Source: Nitrososphaeria archaeon (GTDB lineage: Archaea > Thermoproteota > Nitrososphaeria > JACIWG01). Taken from it: 64,000 nt of DNA. The stretch spans positions 99,638 to 163,637 of the forward strand of contig CAVXDT010000003.1 in the NCBI GenBank assembly GCA_963760525.1, written 5' to 3'. A program made the position numbers and the translations under genes. A model generated the notes under the pieces. It saw only the letters and a list, made by a program, of their open reading frames with translations, had not been told where the DNA came from and searched no databases. How positions within the stretch are numbered: position 1 is the first letter of the stretch; every line of letters starts with the position of its first letter. This document shows, one piece after another, positions 57,412 to 64,000 of the stretch.

Positions 57412-57788
57412 ACTAATTATTATATTTTGCACAGAAGTTGCATTTATACCATCGGTCATATTTTTGGGTTTCTCATGGATTTTCGTTGCACTCTTTTTGC
57501 CAATCGCTTTAGGATCATTATTAAAGTAAATGGAGTTGGAAATATCCATTTCAGGATGTGCACGTCTGAAGTAGGTTCTAGGATCCACGCCCACCTTCTG
57601 TGACAGCTTCGAAACAAGCTCTTCCAGTAACATTTCATCACGCAGCATTTTAGACCTGAAAAAATCCTCGTTTTCACACCCCGCCTCGACATCGTCAGGT
57701 CCCTAGGTCTTTGCAAGAAAACTTGGCAACCTTAATAAATGTTAATTAATGAATGGATAGAAAAAATAGCGCTTGAGTGAGATTTTAG

Positions 57789-58559
57789 ATGCCAATGGAA
57801 GGAATATCACTCGAATCTGTGAAAAAATCTTTTGGCGATAAGGTGGCAGTAAGAGACCTGACATTCTCCGTGGCGCCAGGGGAAATACTTGGCCTTCTAG
57901 GTCCAAATGGATCAGGGAAGAGCACAACCATGAAGATGGTGATGGGAATAGTTAGACCCGACTACGGCAAGATAAGCCTTTGTGGCATAGATGTGCTGCG
58001 GAAACCCGTCGAGGCTAAGAAGCTTGTGGGCTACGTTCCAGAATTCCCCTATCTCTACGAATACCTAACGGCTTCGGAATACCTTGACTTCGTGGGCACC
58101 GCCTATCGCATCGACTTGAAGAGCAGGCGAGAGAGAGTTGATGAGCTTCTTCAGGCTCTGCAGATGCACGAGCACATCAACGAAGTCATGAGCGGCTTCT
58201 CCCAAGGGATGAAGCAGAAGATAGCCTTCACAGCAGCCCTGCTTCATCGGCCCAGAGCCTTGATCCTAGACGAACCGCTGAACGGTCTAGACCCCCGATC
58301 AGCTAGGATCGTCAAGGATATCCTTCAGCGCCTTGCTGGGGAGGAGGTTTCAATCATCTTCAGCACTCATGTCCTTGAAATCGCTGAGGCCGTGTGCGGT
58401 AAGATTATCATATTAAATGAAGGAAGTATCATAGCTGAGGGGACAGCGCAAGAACTGAGGTCGAAAGTGGGAATGCCCGGTTCTACATTGGAGGACATAT
58501 TCCTAAAACTCACTGGTAGCGAAGACACCGAGAAGATCGTTGAGGCCTTACAGCTTTGA
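57789..58559 (+). CDS. ABC transporter ATP-binding protein (ABC-2/DrrA-like)
   Basis: Walker A GPNGSGKST, signature variant FSQGMKQK, Walker B LILDEPLNGLD. Confidence 0.9.
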   Translation: MPMEGISLESVKKSFGDKVAVRDLTFSVAPGEILGLLGPNGSGKSTTMKMVMGIVRPDYGKISLCGIDVLRKPVEAKKLVGYVPEFPYLYEYLTASEYLDFVGTAYRIDLKSRRERVDELLQALQMHEHINEVMSGFSQGMKQKIAFTAALLHRPRALILDEPLNGLDPRSARIVKDILQRLAGEEVSIIFSTHVLEIAEAVCGKIIILNEGSIIAEGTAQELRSKVGMPGSTLEDIFLKLTGSEDTEKIVEALQL

Positions 58560-58825
58560 ACTGGTCATTGGTCGTAAGCCTTGCAAGTGTTCTCTACAAA
58601 TCATATTTCAGGGCGAGTCGCCTTGGACGTAGGAGCTTCCTATCTAAGCCTATCGCACTTACTTTTTTAGATGTAGTCCTCTTCCTAGCTCCATTTGGCT
58701 TACTTTCGTATCTCCTCCCCCTGGTTCCATATGAATTCGTGACGATTTGGCATTGTGATGCAGGTGCTCGTGGTGCTGCCTGTCATCCTAACTTCGGCTG
58801 TAATCTTATCCGGCATACTCTTTGA
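58556..58825 (+). CDS. probable N-terminal segment (first TM) of the downstream ABC exporter permease, or a separate small membrane protein
   Basis: The TTG start overlaps the ATPase stop (TTGA). One TM is LTFLDVVLFLAPFGLLSYLL. The plausible sequence ends near 58745, where the next ORF's frame opens. Confidence 0.4.
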   Translation: MNWSLVVSLASVLYKSYFRASRLGRRSFLSKPIALTFLDVVLFLAPFGLLSYLLPLVPYEFVTIWHCDAGARGAACHPNFGCNLIRHTL

Positions 58826-60188
58826 ACTTGGGCAGACTACAAGTCTCTCTTCGAGCGAAGCGGTGAACTGGCTTCCAGTGTCTCCGAGGGAATACATCTT
58901 GGCCTCCAGCGCTTCATTGGAGTTCACTTACTCGCCACTCCTGTTCATTTGCCTAGGAATCATGATACCTCTCGCCCTAAGCCTTGGTATGCTTTGGGTT
59001 GCCCCTTTTTTCGTCTCGATCTCCGTCCTAGCCTTCGTATGGGGAGCTGTGATCGTAGAGGCGCTGAGGGCGGTAATGAACCGTATCTCCACGACTCTTT
59101 ACAAGAAAAGTGGAAGACTCAGTGTTATCCTTCGCATTGCCCTCATTGTCGTGCTGCTCGTCGCGGTGCAAATAGCCTTTAACCCCTACATTCTTTACAC
59201 CGCACTCTCAAGTATCGTCAACAGCGTCAACTTGGCTTGGTTTGTGCCCATATTCTGGCCCTCAGTTGCCATCGCATCCTCACTTGCCCTCGACACGATG
59301 AGGGCGACCGCATTTAGCTTGCTTTCCCTCTTATTCACCTTACTAATTTTCGAAGCCACAGCCAGACTCAGAGCCAAGTATTGGTCACCGGTACCCGTCA
59401 CAATTGCAGTATCTACTTCAACCGTCTACATCCCCAAGGGGAAATCTTTTTTGTGGTTGGATCCAACAGCCTTTGCAATAACCTTGAAAGAGTTGAGATC
59501 TCTTGCGAGACGGAGGGATATGTCGAGGTTCCTCGCTATACCCGTGATGCTTGTGGTGGCTTCCTTTCTTCCTGTATTGACGACTGGGGCGAATGCAAGT
59601 GCTGCCCTGTCGAGCGTAAGTTTCGTTCTTCTAGGTGAAGCATCCTTTATCCTGCCAATAATGCTCTCTTCCATTACCATAGGACAGGAGGGAAGATCCA
59701 TCGCCAACATTTACATGCTTCCGATCTCAGCTGATGAGCTTGTCAAAGGGAAGCTCTTCCTATCCTGGGTTATTTCAGGCGCAGGAATCTTGGCCATTAC
59801 TTTGTTAATGCAATTTCTAGCTCCTGTTGCGGCGTTGCAGTTCTTGGCTGCTTCGGTTGCGGTGTTCTTTAATATGTTCATAGAAGGGTATGTGGGCCTT
59901 GGGACTGGTTCACGTTACCCTAATTTCACCGTAGGGCCCAGAGCGAGATACCTCACATTTACAGGATTCATTATCGCCTTCACTATAGGAGGGCTGACGA
60001 CTTTAGCGACTTTTGCTCCCTTGATATTGTACAAAGCGGGATTCTTCACGCTGTTAGGTGGGGGCTTTTTCGGATCAATCTCGTTGACCATCATTTCGAC
60101 AGTGGCCATTAGCACAGTCATTCTCATATCAGCGCGCTCCTACTGCATGCGAGGCGTAGAGAAACTCATTTCTAACATGGAAGCTTGA
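58755..60188 (+). CDS. polytopic ABC exporter permease-like membrane protein
   Basis: 477 aa with at least 10 hydrophobic segments, immediately downstream of the ABC ATPase. GTG start, or continuation of 58556-58825 after a frameshift. Confidence 0.7.
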   Translation: MMQVLVVLPVILTSAVILSGILFELGQTTSLSSSEAVNWLPVSPREYILASSASLEFTYSPLLFICLGIMIPLALSLGMLWVAPFFVSISVLAFVWGAVIVEALRAVMNRISTTLYKKSGRLSVILRIALIVVLLVAVQIAFNPYILYTALSSIVNSVNLAWFVPIFWPSVAIASSLALDTMRATAFSLLSLLFTLLIFEATARLRAKYWSPVPVTIAVSTSTVYIPKGKSFLWLDPTAFAITLKELRSLARRRDMSRFLAIPVMLVVASFLPVLTTGANASAALSSVSFVLLGEASFILPIMLSSITIGQEGRSIANIYMLPISADELVKGKLFLSWVISGAGILAITLLMQFLAPVAALQFLAASVAVFFNMFIEGYVGLGTGSRYPNFTVGPRARYLTFTGFIIAFTIGGLTTLATFAPLILYKAGFFTLLGGGFFGSISLTIISTVAISTVILISARSYCMRGVEKLISNMEA

Positions 60189-60434
60189 GTTTTTAATTCG
60201 TATTCCTAGCGATTTCGTAGCAACTTGAATTCGACAGTTCTTATCCTATCCTAACTACTAGGAATATACATGTCAAAGCAAACCGAAGGATGATAAACAT
60301 GATGAATAGCCAGATTAACCGAACAGAAGACAGTGAAACTATTGCTTATTAAGCTGCCATACGTTGCTTGCTTACTAACTCTTTTATATTGATTCCAAAT
60401 TGACTACCTCTTCTAGTAAACGTTCGCAGATATG

Positions 60435-60444
60435 TTTTTATAAT
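60435..60444 (+). promoter_or_regulatory. candidate TATA box (leaderless transcript of 60463-60825)
   Basis: TTTTTATAAT centred about 23 nt upstream of ATG 60463. Confidence 0.45.
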
Positions 60445-60462
60445 TGTGGATAGAATCTAAAC

Positions 60463-60825
60463 ATGGGTGTTTTCAAGGTGTTCTATATTATGCGTTACTA
60501 TGTAAAGGGCGAAAAATTCGCCGAATACCAAAAATGGTTACTTTCCGACGATGCAAAGAACCTGATGAAAAGGTTTGAGAAAGAAACAGGCTGGAAGTAC
60601 CTCAACACATACTTTCCTATTCTAGGATTCGGCGACGATGCCGTAGAAGACTGGTGCGAAGTTCCCAACTGGGCTGCATTAGACAAAATGAGGTCATCAA
60701 AGACTATGGAAGAAATGTCTGATAAGACATGGGATTTCATGGATATGACGAGGTCAGCGTCAGCTTCAGTCTACAGAACAGCAGCCGATGTCCTAATCAC
60801 TCCTCCTCCTAAGAAGAAGAAATAG
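60463..60825 (+). CDS. hypothetical small alpha+beta protein with Lys-rich tail
   Basis: 120-aa ORF flanked by a TATA-like box upstream and an oligo-T tract downstream. No motif recognised. Confidence 0.5.
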   Translation: MGVFKVFYIMRYYVKGEKFAEYQKWLLSDDAKNLMKRFEKETGWKYLNTYFPILGFGDDAVEDWCEVPNWAALDKMRSSKTMEEMSDKTWDFMDMTRSASASVYRTAADVLITPPPKKKK

Positions 60826-60847
60826 TCATCATCGTTCTCTCCTCCCC

Positions 60848-60866
60848 TTTTTTTTCTTTCTTTCTT
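60848..60866 (+). terminator. oligo-T archaeal-type terminator
   Basis: TTTTTTTTCTTTCTTTCTT begins 23 nt after the stop at 60825. Confidence 0.5.
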
Positions 60867-61185
60867 AAAAGAACACGATATAACAACAGCCAGTTAACCA
60901 CAGTGTCTACAATATCCTGATGTCCATTTCTTTCCTCATCACCATCTAATCTCTTAAATGCCTAACTTACTCAGAATGTCTTATACTACTTCGAGGTTAA
61001 AAAGGATGTATGGGCAATATAGTCACCGTCTAGGGTATTCTTTTGGCATTCTTGGGAAAATCTGTTGCTCAAAACATCTTTTATATGATTATGCGACATC
61101 TCTAAGAGAGAGCTTTTGTCACTTCAAATTCTATAAAAAGAACATAGATAAAAAAGGAGGAATGGATAGTTGTGTGATACTCTTC

Positions 61186-61554
61186 CTACGTTCTTCTCTT
61201 CTTCCTTTCCAAGTAGAATATAGCAGCTGCTGGAACAATAAAGACCGCAGAGAACAGTAGACCGTACTTTGAGACTAGACTCTGAGGTTCGCTTGAGACA
61301 AGCAGTTCACCGCCGACAGGAGGAGTCTTACATGCGCTAGTCGTCCAACCCGAATCAGCAACCTTTCCCTCAGGATCTGTGTTAGCCCAGTGGCCTTCAA
61401 CTTCATAGAAGAAGACCTTCGGGTTGGGATCGTACGCGTTCGCCCTGAAAAAGAAGCCAGAAGTATCTGCTCTTTATCCAATTAATGGAGGAGAATTGGA
61501 ATCATACGCTTTGACGCCTGCTTCTTGCTTGAGGATTAATTCCTCTTCAGACAA
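61186..61554 (-). pseudogene. gene remnant: short ORF interrupted by in-frame TAA, C-terminal TM anchor plus basic tail
   Basis: The minus strand reads (TTG)SEEELILKQEAGVKAYDSNSPPLIG, then TAA (61474-61476). It continues RADTSGFFF...TPPVGGELLVSSEPQSLVSKYGLLFSAVFIVPAAAIFYLERKKRRT and stops. The long part has no start codon. Confidence 0.3.
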
Positions 61555-61735
61555 GAAATCATCCCTTTACTAAATTGAAGAGCCAACCTTTTAAACATGT
61601 AGATGGAACTAGCTAGCTTTCCTCCATATGGGATAAATATGTAAAAGATAGTATTGTCAATTGATTCCTAAGAACAAGATCGTGACAAAAAATAGGAGTA
61701 GGATTTGTTGATCCCCTTAATGTTGTCTATGGTGG

Positions 61736-61995
61736 TTATGGAAGTTTTGCGATTAGTTTCGCGCCTTCCTCCAGTGAGAAGGCTTTGAGGGTTGTTGTAC
61801 GAATACTACCTCCCATTGCGATAGCTAGCGAGTTTATAAATGCGCTCTCATCGTTGTCGCTTTCAACTAATAACACCATGTCATACAGACCAAACATGTA
61901 CCAATGGCCTAGCCATTTTCCTTCCGTCTTTTCGACAAGGCATTCTTTATCCCTTGGTCCGTCCAATTTGAAAGTACAATAAAGAAGTATGGCAT
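61736..61995 (-). pseudogene. GYD-domain protein, frameshifted/shortened
   Basis: The N-terminus MPYFFIVLSNWTDQGIKNA (ATG at 61995) is in one frame. The GYD core GKWLGHWYMFGLYDMVLLVESDNDESA...GGSIRTTTLKAFSLEE is in another (ORF 61736-61966). The junction lies around 61925-61950. Confidence 0.6.
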
Positions 61996-62447
61996 AAATT
62001 ATTATTTTTGAAATATTACTATATAAAGGTAACTTAATTTGCCAAAAAAATGGGTATTGTTGGAAGAAAAAAATATTATTTTCAGATAAACATAGACAAA
62101 GAACATGGAGATATCGTTAAATCAAAAAGATCAGTTACATCTTTACTTACAACTTTATCTATACATGTATTCGACCTTGCGCTTGTGATATAGTTTGCAT
62201 TCTTTGGTGACAGATTTATTGTATTGTCGCGGATATGGCATGCCAGCGCTACTTGCCTGCAAAACGAGTTGCAGAGTTAAATCGGGACGTGTTTCGCTGT
62301 AATTTGGGCATTCTGTACATTGATTGGGGAACTCGTTGAAGCAACGATGTTGTATTTCCAACTCTCTTCCCTTGTGATTAACAGAATGCGCCTGAGATAT
62401 TTAAAGCTATTCAAATTTGTTCGCCCGTATTCCTCTTTTTTCTTCAA

Positions 62448-63227
62448 TCAGCTAACTACTTTTCTGAATAGGTATAGTGTCGTTCCCAGAGTGACAACTG
62501 CGATGAGCCCTATTACGCCGAACGCTTTCAGTACTGTGCCCGAATCGTATCCGGTGATCATGAGCGCTCGTGCCGCGTCCACAGTATAGCTGATGGGGTT
62601 GAAGTTCGAGACGGTCGATATCCAATCGGGCATGAAGAGCTTTGGAGTCAAAGCTGTGCTCATGAACAGCAACGGAAAGGTAAGGAATCCTCCTATAGCG
62701 AACACAGTCTCTGAGGATCTTGTCTTCAGTCCTATGGCCAGAGAAATTCCAGACCAAGCGAGGCCAAAGAAGGCTACGGTGAAAAGTATGAGCAGTATTC
62801 CAACAACCCCGGTTGTCACTGTAGCGCCCAAGGCATAGGCAAGCGCGAGGATGATTGCTGATTGAGCGACGATTCTGAAAGCGTCACTTGTTAGTCTTCC
62901 AAGCAATATGGCATATCTGCTGACTGGTGTCACGAGCATTTTCTGCAGATACCCCGTATCCAGGTCAAGCACTATTGATGTTCCCGATTGCAGGGCGCTG
63001 CCGAAGGCATTTTGGAGGAGAATCCCGGCGGTGGCGAACTGAAGATAGTTGCTGGCTCCAGTGGCAGCCAAAAATCCTGGCAAGTCGGAGAACTTCGAGA
63101 ACAACTGTGTGAAAAGGAGCAAGAATATTATGGGTTGAAAAAGTGAGAAGAAGAGCAGAATGGGGTTTCTGACGAGTTTCTTTAAGTACCTAATGAAGAG
63201 GTATCTGGTGTCGGAGAAAAGGGTCAT
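62448..63227 (-). CDS. ABC-2 type transporter permease
   Basis: 259 aa, six hydrophobic segments. Starts 2 nt after the upstream ATPase stop. ABC-2 (DrrB/NodJ-like) size and topology. Confidence 0.85.
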   Translation of the reverse strand: MTLFSDTRYLFIRYLKKLVRNPILLFFSLFQPIIFLLLFTQLFSKFSDLPGFLAATGASNYLQFATAGILLQNAFGSALQSGTSIVLDLDTGYLQKMLVTPVSRYAILLGRLTSDAFRIVAQSAIILALAYALGATVTTGVVGILLILFTVAFFGLAWSGISLAIGLKTRSSETVFAIGGFLTFPLLFMSTALTPKLFMPDWISTVSNFNPISYTVDAARALMITGYDSGTVLKAFGVIGLIAVVTLGTTLYLFRKVVS

Positions 63228-63229
63228 AT

Positions 63230-64000
63230 TTATCGCCTGCTTCCAAGCATGGAGCTGGGAGTTTTAACAAGCTCGTCGGACCTTATTCTCCTTCCCGTGT
63301 GTTGCAGGAAGATGTCATCAAGAGTTGGCGACGAAAAGCTGACCGATAAGAGCCGAATGCCGCTGCTGTCAAACGCTCTAACTATGTCGGCGACAATGGG
63401 TCCCGCATTCTTCGCGTACACGGTCAGGCATTCTTCGGAATCGATAACGTTTGTCACGCCTTCAATGTTGCTAAGGATATTCTTTGCACTCGATTTATCC
63501 TTGGCGCAGTTCTCAATTGATAGTTTAATGGAGTCAGCTCCGACCTGACGTTTGAGCTCAGCCGGAGATCCATTGACGATTATTTTCCCGTGATCAATTA
63601 TGGAGAGTTGCCGACACAGTCTATCCGCCTCTTCCATGTATTGCGTTGTCAGGAATATGGTGATGCCTTCTTCCTTGTTTAGCTTCTCAAGGTAAGCCCA
63701 TATCGCTGCGCGCGATTGAGGATCTAGACCCGTCGTAGGCTCATCAAGAAAGAGCAGTCTTGGCTTGTGAACGAGAGCTGAAGCGAGGTCAAGTCTCTTC
63801 TTCATGCCACCTGAATAGTTTCTTGCACGCTTGTCAGCGGCTTCTTCGAGTTCCATGAGTTTCAGGAGTTCGTTGACGCGTTGTTTGAGTTCGCCGCTAG
63901 GTAACTGCTGAAAATGTCCTTGAAGCATCAGGTTTTCTCTGCCTGTGAGATCTCCGTCGACAGCTGTTTCTTGGCTTTGAACGCCGATGATTTTTCGAAT
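63230..64000 (-). CDS. ABC transporter ATP-binding protein (ABC-2/DrrA-like), 5' end beyond window
   Basis: Q-loop region IRKIIGVQSQETAVDGDLTGRENL, signature YSGGMKKR, Walker B LFLDEPTTGLD. The frame is open to nt 64000 and Walker A is not in the window. Confidence 0.88.
   Translation of the reverse strand: MRKIIGVQSQETAVDGDLTGRENLMLQGHFQQLPSGELKQRVNELLKLMELEEAADKRARNYSGGMKKRLDLASALVHKPRLLFLDEPTTGLDPQSRAAIWAYLEKLNKEEGITIFLTTQYMEEADRLCRQLSIIDHGKIIVNGSPAELKRQVGADSIKLSIENCAKDKSSAKNILSNIEGVTNVIDSEECLTVYAKNAGPIVADIVRAFDSSGIRLLSVSFSSPTLDDIFLQHTGRRIRSDELVKTPSSMLGSRR

Noticed and set aside
57304-57716. Two overlapping minus-strand ORFs (114 and 86 aa) between the LEA_2 gene and the ABC ATPase.
   Set aside because: One overlaps the LEA_2 gene by 108 nt. 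The other is highly basic and Cys-rich. The first about 70 codons of 57304-57648 (MLRDEMLLEELVSKLSQKVGVDPRTYF...) look mildly protein-like, but no motif or start context supports a call.
60958-61481. ORFs 60958-61260 (+) and 61275-61481 (-).
   Set aside because: They have implausible composition (Cys/Ser/Leu/Arg-rich) and overlap the frame that carries the more protein-like remnant with a C-terminal anchor. They are treated as spurious.
62155-62361. 68-aa minus-strand ORF with CxxxxxxxCxxC and a later Cys/His, a possible zinc-ribbon protein downstream of the ABC-2 operon.
   Set aside because: The Cys spacing does not match a recognisable zinc-ribbon. It lies in a region full of gene debris and has no start-context support. 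Too weak to annotate.
1-64000. Search for CRISPR arrays, cas genes, transposases/IS elements, integrases, reverse transcriptases and toxin-antitoxin pairs.
   Set aside because: No regularly spaced 24-40-nt direct repeats with unique spacers were seen. No ORF shows DDE, tyrosine-recombinase, RT or Cas hallmarks. The only repeat arrays have 10-13-nt periods.

Overview
AT-rich archaeal chromosomal fragment; base composition was judged by eye, not computed. Archaeal origin is supported by eS4, eL32 and eL19 ribosomal proteins, Cbf5, an archaeal-type cytidylate kinase, a DUF106 insertase, an intron-containing tRNA, and TATA-like boxes about 25-30 nt upstream of starts. The lineage cannot be assigned from sequence alone.

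Gene content by region:
- 1-10165: a tightly packed spc-type ribosomal operon (uL14 to uL30, uL15, SecY), followed by DUF106, cmk and cbf5. An Hsp20 gene is unexpectedly wedged between uL30 and uL15.
- 10424-10657: tRNA-Ser(GGA, with intron) and tRNA-Val(UAC).
- Rest of the window: ordinary metabolic, transport and envelope genes. These include MFS transporters, a polar amino-acid ABC system, two ABC-2-type exporters, IlvE, PepF, an SDR, a VOC protein, an F420-type LLM oxidoreductase, a Zn-ADH and a homocitrate-synthase-like enzyme. Also present are GH57, a nucleoside hydrolase, HtrA, RNase HI, an Fpg/Nei-like protein, a DUF123 GIY-YIG nuclease, OsmC, HAD, GNAT and DinB proteins. tRNA-Ile(GAU) lies at 54912.

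I found no CRISPR array, transposase, integrase, reverse transcriptase or recognisable multi-gene defence system.

Most noteworthy observations:
1. A predicted extracellular beta-propeller gene is followed by a fusion gene. The fusion joins a superoxide-reductase-like domain, a poly-Thr stalk and a 4-TM His-bearing module.
2. Two non-coding arrays carry helically phased short repeats: TTATCC/GGATAA at 10.7-11.0 kb, bracketing a possible small RNA, and an 11-13-nt tandem TTTTGAC array at 37.8-38.0 kb.
3. The sHSP gene sits inside the ribosomal operon.
4. An orphan TIR/nucleoside-deoxyribosyltransferase-like Rossmannoid protein is present.
5. Frameshifted or nonsense-interrupted genes are unusually dense (about 7 loci). 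This means either real gene decay or sequence errors, and it must be resolved before over-interpreting anything else.

All functional calls rest on motif and architecture recognition by eye. No database search was run.
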